Source: Macrostomum lignano | Taxonomy: Eukaryota | Direction of reading: 5' to 3' | Assembly (NCBI GenBank): GCA_002269645.1 | Contig: NIVC01002943.1 | Coordinates: 1-62,112 of the forward strand | DNA length: 62,112 nucleotides | Shown here: in pieces, positions 35,710 to 49,075 of the stretch | Layout of the letters: every line of letters starts with the position of its first letter | Position numbering within the stretch: the stretch's first letter is position 1 | Notes under the pieces: model-generated | The model's database searches: none | Told to the model about the DNA's origin: nothing | Seen by the model: only the letters and a program-made list of their open reading frames with translations | Position numbers and translations under genes: made by a program

Positions 35710-36850
35710 ACTCACGCTGATCCTGCGGCCCGAGTGGATCCGCTCGATGCTCTGGTACCTGCTGAAGCTGATCTTGGCCGGGCCGCGGCCCGCGTCAGTT
35801 ACGGACGTCTGCACTGTTTCTGTTGTCATGACGACCAAGTAGTGCGCCGAGGTCAGTTGGAAATCTTGACGAGTCTGAAAACTGGGCGCTCGGCAGCGGC
35901 AGCGGCAACGGCAGCGGCAGCGGCAGGCTGTCTGCATTTGCCGACCTGGGAGACCGGGGGCAGGGGGGGGGGGGGGCAGGTTGCCAGCCAGGAAGCCGAG
36001 CCGGCAGGTCTCAGCCTCAAGTAGGGGCGCCTCGGCATCTGGGCCGAGCCGGCGCGACCAGCGGCTCAGGCTGAAGCAGCTCAAGCGGAAAGCCGCAAGT
36101 TGGCATTCGCTGCAGCACAATGTGAGCAGATCTGAGCAGAGGCAGTGAGCTGGACTGCCGCTGGAGCTTTGGATCTCCGGCTGGATTATTCAAATACCAA
36201 ACTACGGAAATAAGTGTTTCGAATGCTCCTCACTGACTGATTCACTGTCTGAACGCTTGAAATTTAAGTAACCTTTTGGAGTAGCAATAAAATCTACCCC
36301 ACATTTCAGTCAATGACTGACTAGATTAGCAATCCATTCTTTAATCCCTGTGATCAGCTAGATTAGCAATCCACTCTATTCTTATCATCTCCGTTATTGG
36401 ATAGATTAGCAATCCATTCTATTCTTATCATCTCCGTTTTTGGCTAGATTAGCAATCCACTTACGTTTAAGTCAATTACTTAATAGTTGAATAACTTATT
36501 TATTTAAAGAAAAAATGCTTGGATCACACAATACTATGGCTTATAGTTTTACGGCGTACTAACAGTAGTAGACCAAGATCTTGACTCACACTTTAGCAAG
36601 CAATAATTGCATGCATAGTTATCCAAAAATGCACAGACTGAGCAACCCAGCTGAGAGCGGCTGCACTTGTCCTGGCAGGCTGTTTTACAACCTGCTGCCT
36701 GCTCAGCCAGCTCGGGGACAGACGGAGAAAAGGGGGTGTCGGGCTGCAACTGAGGCGCTTGCTCAGTCGGAGAACTGATCTGCTCGGGGCGTGCCGGGAC
36801 TCGGGAGAGCTGGGCCGGGGCGGCAGAAGTCATGCGCTCGGAGTACAAAC
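35710..36850 (-). CDS. Possible additional exons (about 36070-35710 and about 36850-36620) of unclear gene affiliation
   Basis: GC-rich open frames bounded by CAG acceptors and a GTGAGT donor near 35710. No domain recognised. Confidence 0.3.
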
Positions 36851-36948
36851 AGAAATTGCCCCCCCCCCCTCCTCCAACTCAACCGCTCGCCGACTCCTAT
36901 AGCAGTGATCCTCTGCATGTCGGATTGAGCCCAAACTGAGACGCCGAT

Positions 36949-37019
<71 letters not shown>

Positions 37020-37223
37020 GAGAGTCGGTGGTTTTTCAGTTCTCAATTGCAATCGATAATTATTGTCGAATTTGAAACGCTGCCCTGCTGGTAGCCCCGG
37101 AGCAGATTTGCCATTTTTGGGGCCGCTTCAAACTGCTGGATTCCCAGGCACGAGCGGCGTATGAGACTGGCTTGATAGGGAAGGCTAGCAATGCAGTTCA
37201 TTTCTTCATCTACATACCGATAA

Positions 37224-37640
37224 GCTAGATTAGCAACCCATTCTATTCCTATCACCGTGATTGGCTAGATTAGCAATCCATTCTATTCCTATCACCGTGC
37301 TTGGCTAGATTAGCAATCCATTCTATTCCTATCACCGTGCTTGGCTAGATTAGCAATCCATTCTATTCCTATCACCGTGATTGGCTAGATTAGCAATCCA
37401 TTCTGTTCCTATCATCGTGATTGGCTGGACTAGCAATCCATTCTATTCCTATCACCGTGATTGGCTAGATTAGCAACCCATTCTATTCCTATAACCGTGA
37501 TTGGCTAGATTAGCAATCCATTCTATTCCTATCACCGTGATTGGCTAGATTAGCAATCCATTCTGTTCCTATCATCGTGATTGTCTGGACTAGCAATCCA
37601 TTCGATTCCTATCACCGTGATTGGCTAGATTAGCAATCCA
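37224..37640. repeat. 40-bp minisatellite, about 10 copies; degenerate relatives at about 36320-36460
   Basis: GCTAGATTAGCAATCCATTCTATTCCTATCACCGTGATTG at 37224 and 37264. Confidence 0.95.
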
Positions 37641-38598
37641 ATATTTTCACTCATGGATGCCCCTATCAACTTGGAAGCTGCAGCAGTCATAAATCAACAT
37701 GAAAAAAACGATGGAAGGCTCCAGCAGTGATTATCTATCACCAATACAAAACTGGTCAATATCAAATAGGATTATCGCAGCGCTCTGTACTGAGGGTTTG
37801 TCGTGGCTTATATTTGAATAGCGCTGAGCTAAAAAGCAGGAAAGATGCTTAGTCAGTTGATATGAACTAAATTTTGTCAATGAGTAATCTTTAACGGAGG
37901 GTGCAAATAAATACATTAGTAGTTACTCAGGTGAAAGCAATATTGCGAAAGCAGCAATAGAAATGTGCTTCGAAAAAGGTGCCAAAATAACAGTGAAAAC
38001 ACAAATCTGCTGAAATTTCTAAATACAACGAAAAAAAACAAAAAAATAGAAAACCTGCTAGACGAATTTTTTAATAACCTATGAATCTGAGCCCTCCATC
38101 GAGAAAATACTCATTTTTACAGCCAGCTCAAAAACTGCTCAAAAAATTGGAACAAAATATCGCAAAAATAACAATAAAAGATTACAGTGGAATATGCCAA
38201 CAGGTAAAAGGACTTTTATAGGCCAGGTAGGCTGGGGTCAAAGACACCTGTAAAATTGCTAGCAAGAATGTGGGTTAGAGGAACCAAATATTATAAGCTT
38301 AATAAATAAGATTGCTGCTTTTAGCAAAAGCGGAAAGAAAAAAGGAACAAAACACGTAGATTTGAGGAGTGATTGCTTTATTGAGAAACTCTCTGCTTTG
38401 GAAAGTTGCAGAAGCTATATTTAGGCTTTTCATGGCTTCCCAAGTCCGAAAAAGTGTCTTTCTGCTACTGAATTGAATTAATAAAAGAATATCAGAAATT
38501 TCTGGACACTGCCGCGTTCTCAGGCTAAGCTTCATCTCAGAAACACCCCTGCACCCTTAGACAGAGTTTTCTTCAAATCATAATAAACTTAAACCTTT

Positions 38599-40961
38599 AG
38601 GCTGCAGACCACCTCAGCTGGCGGCATTTCACCCGGTCCTAAGAGTGCCGCTCCCCGCCCCATCAGTCAGCAGCCCCATGGTGTAGCCTGGCCGGGGCGA
38701 GGCCGCGCTGGACAGCGAGCGGCGATCGTCGGCTGGCGACCCGATTGGCGCCTCCGGCTCCGGCCACGGCTGCTGGCGCGGCTGACTGTGCAGCGACGAG
38801 TCTGCGATGCAAAAAAGTGTTGCTGACTGAGGATCTGGGAGGCTGGCCCGGCAACTTCAGGAGGATCTGGGAGGCTGGCCCAGCAACTAAGGATCTGGAA
38901 GGCTGGCCCAGCAACTGAGGATCTGGGAGGCTGGCCCGGCAACTAAGGATCTGGAAGGCTGGCCCGGCAACTGAGGATCTGGGAGGCTGGCCCAGCAACT
39001 GAGGATCTGGGAGGCTGGCCCAGCAACTGAGGATCTGGGAGGCTGGCCCGGCAACTGAAGATCTGGGATGCTGGCCCAGCAAATGAGGATCTGGGAGGCT
39101 GGCCCAGCAACTGAGGATCTAGAAGGCTGGCCCAGCAACTGAGGATCTGGGAGGCTAGCCCAGCAACTGAGGATCTGGGAGGCTGGCCCAGCAACTGAGG
39201 ATCTGGGAGGCTGGCCCGGCAACTGAGGATCTGGGAGGCTGGCCCAGCAACTGAGGATCTGGGAGGCTGGCCCAGCAACTAAGGATCTGGAAGGCTGGCC
39301 CGGCAACTGAGGATCTGGGAGGCTGGCCAAGCAACTGAGGATATGGGAGGCTGGCCCAGCAACTAAGGATCTGGAAGGCTGGCCCGGCAACTGAGGATCT
39401 GGGAGGCTGGCCCAGCAACTAAGGATCTGGAAGGCTGGCCCGGCAACTGAGGATCTGGGAGGCTGGCCCGGCAACTGAGGATGTGGGAGGCTGGCCCAGC
39501 AACTGAGGATCTGGAAGGCTGGCCCAGCAACTGAGGATCTGGGAGGCTGGCCCAGCAACTGACACTCTGGGAGGCTGGCCCAGCAACTGAGGATCTGGGA
39601 GGCTGGCCCAGCAACTGAGGATCTGGGAGGCTGGCCCAGCAACTGAGGATCTGGGAGGCTGGCCCAGCAACTGAGGATCTGGGAGGCTGGCCCAGCAACT
39701 GAGGATCTGGGAGGCTGGCCCAGCAACTGAGGATCTGGGAGGCTGGCCCGGCAACTGAAGATCTGGGATGCTGGCCCAGCAAATGAGGATCTGGGAGGCT
39801 GGCCCAGCAACTGAGGATCTAGAAGGCTGGCCCAGCAACTGAGGATCTGGGAGGCTAGCCCAGCAACTGAGGATCTGGGAGGCTGGCCCAGCAACTGAGG
39901 ATCTGGGAGGCTGGCCCAGCAACTGAGGATCTGGGAGGCTGGCCCAGCAACTGAGGATCTGGGAGGCTGGCCCAGCAACTAAGGATCTGGAAGGCTGGCC
40001 CGGCAACTGAGGATCTGGGAGGCTGGCCAAGCAACTGAGGATATGGGAGGCTGGCCCAGCAACTAAGGATCTGGAAGGCTGGCCCGGCAACTGAGGATCT
40101 GGGAGGCTGGCCCAGCAACTAAGGATCTGGAAGGCTGGCCCGGCAACTGAGGATCTGGGAGGCTGGCCCGGCAACTGAGGATGTGGGAGGCTGGCCCAGC
40201 AACTGAGGATCTGGAAGGCTGGCCCAGCAACTGAGGATCTGGGAGGCTGGCCCAGCAACTGACACTCTGGGAGGCTGGCCCAGCAACTGAGGATCTGGGA
40301 GGCTGGCCCAGCAACTGAGGATCTGGGAGGCTGGCCCAGCAACTGAGGATCTGGGAGGCTGGCCCAGCAACTGAGGATCTGGGAGGCTGGCCCAGCAACT
40401 GAGGATATGGTACGGCGGCGTCACAGCCTGTGACTCACCCACAGACGGCGAGAAGCGCATCGACAAGCCGCCGGAGCTGCGAGCGTCGCCGTCCCTCTGG
40501 CCGCTGTCAGGGAGCAGCAGAGCGGAGCCGAGGCCTCCGAGCTCCAGCCGGCCAGTCGCCAGCTGCCGAGTTGCCAGCTGGGAAGAAGCTGAGCGACCAT
40601 CGCCAGCATTCGCCGCCGCCGCATCGTCGGGGCTTCGTTGGCGGTCCCGGCAGCGGCGGCGCCGCTCGGGCAGCAGAGCTGGCAGCGGCGGGCAGGGCCA
40701 GTCGTCCCTCTCGATAGGCGCCGGCCGGCTGAGGTCGGGGCGCGAGGCGCCGGGAAACTGGCTGAGCAGCACCGGGTCGGCCTCGTCCTCGTCGGCGCTG
40801 GCCGAGGGTGAGCGACGCCGGCGTTGGCCGCCGACGCTGCCGGGCCGGGAGGTGGCGATGCTGCGGGAGCGGCGGGACACAGAGGCCAGCGAGCCGGGGG
40901 TCGACGGTGCCGTGGTTATCGACATGGTCGACCGCGACGGCGGAGGCTGCGGCACGTGGAA

Positions 40962-40994
<33 letters not shown>

Positions 40995-42449
40995 CTGCAG
41001 CTGCCGACGGGGACTCAGTGAGCGCACGGAGCCGCAGGGCGACAGGCCGCGGCGGTACCTGTCGCTAGGAGGCAGCCGGGCCTCCATCTCCGACTGGATG
41101 CTCAGGTAGGAGCGCGCCCGGCGCTGCGGCCCCGAGCCCAGGCGCGGCGGGGTCGGCGCCAGGCCGCCATTTTTCCTTCCCCCCGCGCCGCCGACGCTTT
41201 CCGTGGCGTTGCCAAGGACGCCGCTAGTCTTGGCGCCACTATTGCTAAGGCCGTCGACGGACCCGAGCAGGTTACGTCGAGTTGACCCGTCGAAATCGTC
41301 GTTGCTATGGCGACGGCTGCTGCCGGACGCTGTCGTCGGAGGCGGTTCGGACGCGGCGACGGCGGCCGCAGTGGGGACGATGACGCCGCCATTGCTAAGG
41401 TCGTCGCCAGTGGCAACGGAGAGCGGCTGGCGCAGGGAGGTTTCGCCCTGGGCGCAGGGCCGGCAGAGGAAGACGTCCCGCTCGGGACAGAGCACCACGC
41501 GGTCGCCGGGGCTGAGGGAATCGCAAGGCGAAACAAATCCAAGTAGTTAAGCGCCTTGAGCTCGAGCTGTAATACTTCTCAACTAATATCTTTCCGTAAC
41601 TAATCCCTCATCTAATTTGAGCTAATCCTATCCTGAGCTAATCCTAACTTGAGCTAATCCTTTTCTGAGCTAATCCTAACTTGAGCTAATCCTTTTCTGA
41701 GCTAATCCTAACTTGAGCTAATCCTTTTCTGAGCTAATCCTTTTCTGAGCTAATCTAACCCTGAGCAAATTAGATCCTGAGATGAAACATTAAAAAGCCA
41801 CCATTTCAAATATAAAAGAGACACCTATTTGGGGATCGATGCTTGAGTGCTCTCTTGGGATGTCTTGCTTTTAGAGGGAATGTCTGTTGTTTTTTATGAA
41901 GGCTTTATTTCGCTGTCTATTTGTTATTTGTAAAGAACAAGGATTCTATCCAGATGTCCCCCATTGGGGGGCGAAGATTGCTAGTCAGACTCCTAATCCT
42001 AACAATTCTTAATCCAATCCCATCATAAGCTAGTCATTGTGTTAGCCAGAACAAACTCATTTCAAGCTAGGACTCAGAATTCCAAATGCTGCTATGATTG
42101 TGAAGCCTAACAACCCCAGAGTCCCGGGCCACCGCACCCCAATGAGCGCCCCTCACCTGAACGCAGTCTGGCAGCTGTGGCAGCGAAAGCAGGCCGGGTG
42201 AAAAGTGGCGCCCATGGCGGTGGCCACCTCGCCGGCGGCGGAGCCACCGCAGCCGCGGCAGCGGACGCCGTGCAGCCGGGCGAAATCGTCCGGACAGAAC
42301 AGGCGGCCGTCGCGAAGGAAGAAGCCGCCCCGCTCCAGGCTGCGCTGGCACTGGCTGCAGGTGAAGCAGCCGCGGTGCACATACTGGTCCTGCACTCTCA
42401 GCACCTCGCCCTTGCACCGCTTGCTGCAGACAAGGCACAGCACCTTCAT
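38599..42449 (-). CDS. ABLIM: Actin-binding LIM protein (abLIM/UNC-115-like); exons 42449-42157, 41511-40439 and 38801 to about 38599; 3' end unresolved
   Basis: CSKRCKGEVLRVQDQYVHRGCFTCSQC...GGFF...RCRGC..GEVATAMGATFHPACFRC..C...FSPGDRVVLC matches abLIM LIM1-LIM2. SQFPGASRPD...IERDDWPCPP matches the abLIM anchor region. Junctions are phase-consistent. Confidence 0.88.
38828..40405. repeat. 28-bp minisatellite, about 56 copies, filling an abLIM intron
   Basis: GAGGATCTGGGAGGCTGGCCCAGCAACT repeated; variant patterns recur at a 700-nt offset. Confidence 0.97.
41610..41765. repeat. Short GAGCTAATCC-based tandem repeat, intronic
   Basis: GAGCTAATCCTAACTT / GAGCTAATCCTTTTCT alternating. Confidence 0.85.
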
Positions 42450-44490
42450 GCTTGGGGAATGCAGTGGAGTTCTGGTTCTGGACGCGCTCTGCTATGGCCT
42501 GAGTAGCCCAAGTCGCTTTGCTCTGAAAAGTTAAATTTAGTAAAAAAATTGCTAATCAACATTGGGATGACAACTTGACTTTTAAAACCATATTTTCTTT
42601 ATTACATGCATTCTCTTTGGAATTTTGTTTTCATTTAAATTTCTTATGATATTTCAATAGAGGGATAAAATGTTGAACTAAAATATTCTTGCTGATAAAT
42701 TGAAAATGATGGGAGGCACAAATATAATGTAAACATAGGTTTATTAGTTAAATACTATGTATATAGAAGGCTTAATCAAGCTGTACAATATGCTCAATTA
42801 GGCATTGGTTATAAGATTTTTAAAAATATATTTTTACTCTAAATTAAATTGAATGTAAATTCTAGATACTTTCTTAAAATAACACTATAGTATAAAGATG
42901 ACTCAGATGCAACCTTTGCAAATTAGTATATGTGATATAATTTATAAACATATTTATTAAATAGCAAGTTAAACGTGATGTAATACTAATAGTGCCTCTT
43001 ATCTGCAACATTGACATGAATTTGCTTTAATTTAATATGCATAACTTGTGTATACTTTAGTTTTGTAGGGCCAATATAGCCAAAAATTCTTAAGGGCTTT
43101 AATTGAAAAAATAGTCAGCAACACATTGTACATTGTAAATTACGGAAAAGCTTTAAATTTCATTATTTAGATTATAGGTACAATATTTATAAAAACCATG
43201 ACTCGAGTTTAAACTTTATACTACAGGAATCGAGTCGTTGGCTCCTATAAGGCCAAGCTAAAAATCAGAACAATGACAGATCAGGGATTTCGTAATGACC
43301 TATTATCATTCTGATCTAGTAGAGCGCCACTACACCTTACACCCTTTCCTATTGCTTATTCAACTCGTAGTCGTAATTAGGCCTAAATATGCGAATCTGC
43401 GATATTACGGTGGGTGTACAGTGTAAACTACAGTTTACAGTGTAAACTGTAAACTAACACAAAATAATATTTTAGTCACGAATAGCTACTAAAGTTTAAA
43501 GAGATAATAAAAAAGCACACAAATTTAACGCGAACCGAAAACAAAAGCTTAAACATTTGCAAACTGTGGGAACCGTCTGTAAAACTGTAACAAGGAAATG
43601 TTTCTTTTAAAATAAAACTTAAAATACAAGCCACGATAACTTAGGTAGTATAACAACTTTTAAAAACATATAGATTTATTTGCATTGCAAACGGACACCA
43701 TGTCTAAAATATATAACTTATCAAGTGAGAGTATAAGAAAGCAGTGTACTAAGATTTTATAATAGTTTTAACTCACAGAAATCGTTACTTGGTTATGTAT
43801 TTTCGACTTATATGAATAAAAAAACTATAGTTACCTTTAAACGATATACTAAAATTACTACATCCCTTCAGATAAATTACAAAAAAAATATTTATTAAAA
43901 AGCTGTATTTCATTTAGTACAGAATTTTTAAGAACAGCTGCAGGAAGATAATGAGGACAAGATCAAGACCATATACATGTACGAGTACATGTACGTGTAA
44001 GTGTAATAAACCCTTCATGCTGGTACAATACATACATACAATCGTTTTGGCTCATTGATTGCTTTTTTACTAACGTCTGAAAATATTAATTTACCGCTCG
44101 TGGCTTAATTTCTCTCTGGTAGTTGAAATATTAGTCGAAACAGTATACTTTAGGATTTGTTGTTAGACTTCATTTCTCATGCATGTCGAACACATGAATT
44201 GCGCTTGAGTTATGTACCTACTCATACAGGTTTATTACAAAGATGTTACTATGCAAGTCCTAAGTTTTTTAGAGAAAAGAACCATATTTATGAAAATAGT
44301 AGCTTGTAATTAATTATCTTCTAGGTAATCTTCTTTAGTAGTAATGTTTTGTGCTAACAAGGATCACTACATGGACTATGTAGTACACATTAGTTTAGTC
44401 TTCCTTGGCTGCAAAATGTTCCGACAAAAAATCTGTTCCATAAATACAGTAGTTCAGAATCCGAACAAGTGCATTAACTAAGCAGCTGGG

Positions 44491-45302
44491 TCAATCATGG
44501 ATCTGAACAAGGCTGCTATTCAGTGCTCTCATCGCCTCCGACTGCAAAGCCATTTTGATGTTATTTAGCTCATTTGCTGTAAATCCTCTCCGCTCGCGCA
44601 CTTGCTTATTTTTGCATTTTTTCCACAAGATCCACAGCACCCTCCAGCACTCCTGCTTATTGAACACGCGGTATTTTTGCACAAGATAGGCGCCAATATC
44701 GGCACTTAGCATGCCGACGTGGACTCTGTCATTGATCCGTATCGCTGTGCCAATGTAGGTATACCTGCTGGCATAGCTGCTACCGATGCTTTCCCTGCAG
44801 CGTCAAAATCGTGAGAGTCAAAGCTTTAGAGCAGTTGCTTTGAGCAAAAGTCTGAAAATATTAAAAAGTCTAAAAAGAGACCCTCACGTGTAGTTTTCAA
44901 ATGAAGTCCTGGCACGCACTCCGAACTGCAGCATTCGAATTTTGTCCCTAGCACTGGCCGGGTATTCTCTAGTCCTGACCTTCAGCTCGCTCAGCGAGAC
45001 TTTCTCATTGTTTGGCCGAACAAAATTTGTATGGAAAAAAGAGATCAGGCAGCTGGAGCACACCACCCCAGGCCGGATGGGTTCATAACCGGATCGGATC
45101 TGAATGGCCAACAGCTTCCTGATGCTGGGGCGGCCCAAGTTGCTTGATGCTGCAATTGTTTCGCAGTGCAGTCTGTAGAATTAAGTCTAAAACTACTGTC
45201 GCACTGATTAGCTCACGGAAAACAATGCTATAAATACTTACTTGTACCTTGCAGCATCAGTAGCATCAAGGGCAGCAAGAGCCACATTGAAATACTGGCC
45301 AT
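44491..45302 (-). CDS. Small secreted protein of unassigned family; exons 45302-45248, 45149-44888, 44794-44491
   Basis: Signal peptide MASISMWLLLPLMLLMLQ, then about 190 aa aligning end-to-end with the C-terminal domain of the neighbouring WSC gene. GT-AG and phase-consistent. Confidence 0.8.
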
Positions 45303-46088
45303 GCTTTCGATTTGTCGACAGACACCTGTTTTTTTCCTGAAAAAGGGCTCAGCAACTCAGCCTACAGTGATCATGCGTATATATCAGTTTAAAATGGCGC
45401 AGTTCCTATAGGTCAAACTGAAAGGTTAAAGTAGTTAGAAAATCAAATGCAGCTTCTAGTAAAATTCAGCAGGAGAAAACCATTGTCTGCACTGTTTCAC
45501 TCGGACAGACACATGCAGTTTATCCTGGCCAGGTGCTGCAAAATGTCATTCGTTACACGCAATTTTTCTTCGAAGCAGCTATTAACAAACAAAATTTATC
45601 ACTTTCAGAACTCCATTTAGTCGAAGCACTGAGGATTGAGCGTAAATTCAGTATTGAGTGGTTTCTGGCACGCCTGCAGATCTGGTATGAAAGTTGGCGG
45701 CAGCCCATCCTGCACCCCTGAGGATCTGGGGGGGGGGGTAGCGGAGGATCGGGAAGTCAATAGAAGCGATATGAACAGGGAGAGCAGATGCTCAAACTCT
45801 GGATTTTTCTATGAATTCGGTGGCTCTTGATTTTTCGTATTGGTCATTGAGCTTATCTCTCATAAGGATCTCTCATGCAGGAGAACTCGGCTTCACAGAG
45901 GCTACAGAGGCAAGTCTGAGTTTCAATTTCTAAAGCCGTAGCATTAGAATAATAATTACTCTCCAACTACAGATGTATTTCTCTCAGAAAACTCTTCCAT
46001 CAGGCAGTGGAGCGCATCAAGTTACTGGGAGTTTGCCCAACACCAAGAAACGGTTCATTTTTTGTCAATCCAGTCGAGTGCCGTCGCC

Positions 46089-47814
46089 TTACACGTGGAT
46101 GTGACCGAGGTTCTCGGTGAAGACTCGCATTGTCTCCGACTGCAGCGCGGCGTCGATCTGCCTGATCTCGTTCCCGTTGTAGCCTCTTCGCTGTTTGATG
46201 GCGTGGTTCTTGCACCTATTCCAGAAGAAAACCTTTCTGCACACTCTCTTATTGAACACGTTGTACTTGTGCACCAGAGTCGCGGTGATGATGGTGCTGA
46301 TCATGCCGAGGCGGATGTGGTTGTTCGATCGGTGCGCAATGCCGAAGTAGGTGTTCTTCGAGGCGTGGTTCGGTCTGATATCGATCCTGGAAGTTTAAGT
46401 GGAATGAGAGTTTGTGCTAACGGCAGTCTGCAGAACAGGCTATGCTCAGAGCCAGCTCACTTGGAGTCCTCAAAGGTTGTCTTAGCGTTGGCGCCGAAAT
46501 GCAACGCTTTCAGCTTGTTCCTGGCAGAGGCCGGGTAGTGAGACATTCTAGCGTTGAGCTGGCTCACCGGAAAACTATCGCTGCGGTGAATCACGTTTTG
46601 GCGCCGGAACGACGTGATGAGGCAGCTGGAGCAGACGACTCCGGCGGGAATGGCTGCCGACATCAACCGCACCTTTGCGGCTATGCTGTCTCTAATGGGT
46701 TTTCCAGTCGCTGGAATGCACAATAATGCGATCGGAAGCTGTGAAATCGCGCTAGGTATCCAGCATCATCATCGGAACTCAGCAGCCGCAGGTTACTTAA
46801 CTGCTGCTCCTTGAAGATCCCTAGCGGTTCGACTGATTTTGAGCATCACCCAAGAGCCCCCGCAACTAACCAACTATAGCATGAACTCACAAAATGCGAC
46901 CTTACCTGATATCGAGACAGTAGCTTTAAGCCCGGTCGCGTACACATTGTTGCGCCATGGACCACCGCACAGGGAGCTTCGATCTCCATTGCAGTGCATG
47001 TTGCACTCGCTGTCAGGCCGGGCTCCGTATTTGCCGTAGCGGTTGTCGCAGAAGCAGTAGTCCGCGTACTGCACACCGAAGAAGGCGTATCCGCGGGACT
47101 TGCAGATGTTCTTGCACTTGTTGATTGTCATGCCGCCATGACCGCCAAGATGTGACAGGTCCCGAACGCCATTGTCTACGAAGCATCCGATGTAGTGCAT
47201 TCCGGAGGCTGGAAGGCGGAGCAGTGTACTTTTGTTAGTCGCTTTCTTATTGACTTGAAATTGGAAGTTTTTTCTTTAAATGAAGCATAGGGTGATCATT
47301 TTAGGGCAAAAAACTAAAATTAGCCTTAAAATATTTTGAATATTTGTAGTTTCTACACATTCTACAAAATATCCTGAAGGACGCCTCACTGATATCAGTG
47401 GTGTAGATGCTGTTCCTCCAGCGACCGCCGCAGATCTCCGAGCTCTGGCCGGAGCAGCGGTCTCTGCAGTCTCTGCTGGGCTTGGCGCCATATTTTCCGT
47501 AGCTGTTGCCGCACCAGCACTCCTTCCTGGCCTGCACGCCAAAGAACCTGAAGTGCCGGCTGGTGCACACATGGTTGCATTTGCCGACGGACATGGAGCC
47601 TCTTGACGCCAACACGCTCAAGTCGCGGTTCCCCGCGTCGCGATAGCAACCGACGTAGTGGTAGCCATGGACCACTGCGGGTTTTTGAGCGGTGCTGAGT
47701 CGGTAAGGATGAAGAACTTACCTGCTGGGCGAAGTACTGCACTTCAGTCCACTTACCTTGCGACAGCACTAGGAGCAGGGAGAGGGGCAGCAGAAGCCAA
47801 GCAGCAGTTGCCAT
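46089..47814 (-). CDS. Secreted protein: signal peptide, two WSC domains and an unassigned C-terminal domain; exons 47814-47757, 47674-47390, 47208-46906, 46710-46461, 46386-46089
   Basis: MATAAWLLLPLSLLLVLSQ signal. Two WSC repeats (YVGCYRD...MSVGKC...C...FFGVQ...ECWCGN...C...C.G...EICGG.WRNSIY; YIGCFVD...MTINKC...FFGVQY..YCFCDN...C...C.G.....CGG.WRNNVY). Phase-consistent GT-AG junctions. Confidence 0.88.
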
Positions 47815-48349
47815 GAAAGCGGCTTTCTTGTGGAACTTGTCACGGCGGACTTGGACTCGATGTGATCGATGAGAAGTTGGTGATTTTTGCCTCGCCTGCT
47901 ACTGTCCTTATATGCTAATAAAATTGCCAGGAATTTCGGGGGGGGGGAGCGGTGCAAGACAAACTTATTGATTAGAAGTCGAGCAAAAAGTTTAGACAAG
48001 TTTGGTGCTGCATTCTCGGCAGTCAATACTGACCGAATGAGCTGTCAATCATGGGAGCTTGAGCATGCACCAGATCGGGAGGGGTACACGCTATTCTTTT
48101 GCGACATTCAAGCAGCCTATTGCTAGCCTTCGACATCCAGCGAAGTTGGGGGTGTTTGCCGTGTCAGTGGGTGGAGAATTGAATTGTTTGACTTTGAGGA
48201 ACATCTGGCAAGTGACTGGAGCGTCCTTTCCTGCCATTTATTTATTTTCTCGCTTTGCTAAGTGTTGGAATGTGACAAGTTTTGTTGAAGTAGATTCTTA
48301 TCAAGTTACCTTTGGAGTTCTGTTGCAATGAAAGAAATGAACTGTCAGC

Positions 48350-49075
48350 TATCTCATCTCCCAGCACTGCAGACCGTTGCTGAAGTGTGTGTTCTCATCT
48401 CCCAGCACTGCAGACCGTTGCTGAAGTGTGTGTTATCATCTCCCATGGCACTGCAGACCATTGCTAAAGTGTGTGTTCTCATCTCCCATGGCACTGCAGA
48501 CCATTGCTGAAGTGTGTTCTCATCTCCCAGCACTGCAGACCATTGCTGAAGTGTGTGTTCTCATCTCCCAGCACTGCAGACCGTTGCTGAAGTGTGTTCT
48601 CATCTCCCAGCAGTGCAGACCATTGCTGAAGTGTGTGTTCTCATCTCCTAGCACTGCAGACCATTGCTGAAGTGTGTGTTCTCATCTCCCAGCACTGCAG
48701 ACCATTGCTGAAGTGTGTTCTCATCTCCCAGCAGTGCAGACCATTGCTCAAGTGTGTTCTCATCTCCCAGCACTGCAGACCATTGCTGAAGTGTGTGTTA
48801 TCATCTCCCATGGCACTGCAGACCATTGCTAAAGTGTGTGTTCTCATCTCCCATGGCACTGCAGACCATTGCTGAAGTGTGTTCTCATCTCCCAGCACTG
48901 CAGACCATTGCTGAAGTGTGTGTTCTCATCTCCCAGCACTGCAGACCATTGCTGAAGTGTGTTCTCATCTCCCAGCAGTGCAGACCACTGCTGAAGTGTG
49001 TTCTCATCTCCCAGCACTGCAGACCATTGCTGAAGTGTGTGTTCTCATCTCCCAGCACTGCAGACCATTGCTGAC
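48350..49075. repeat. 39-41-bp minisatellite, about 18 copies
   Basis: GTGTGTTCTCATCTCCCAGCACTGCAGACCATTGCTGAA repeated. Confidence 0.95.

Noticed and set aside
42500-44450. Very AT-rich 2-kb block as a distinct element
   Set aside because: No ORF, terminal repeats or periodicity found; treated as ordinary intergenic DNA.
45149-46738. Apparent frameshifts at the start of the shared-domain exon in both secreted-protein genes
   Set aside because: Alternative nearby acceptors (exon starts 46710 and 45149) give correct phase and aligned N-termini, so both genes can be intact.
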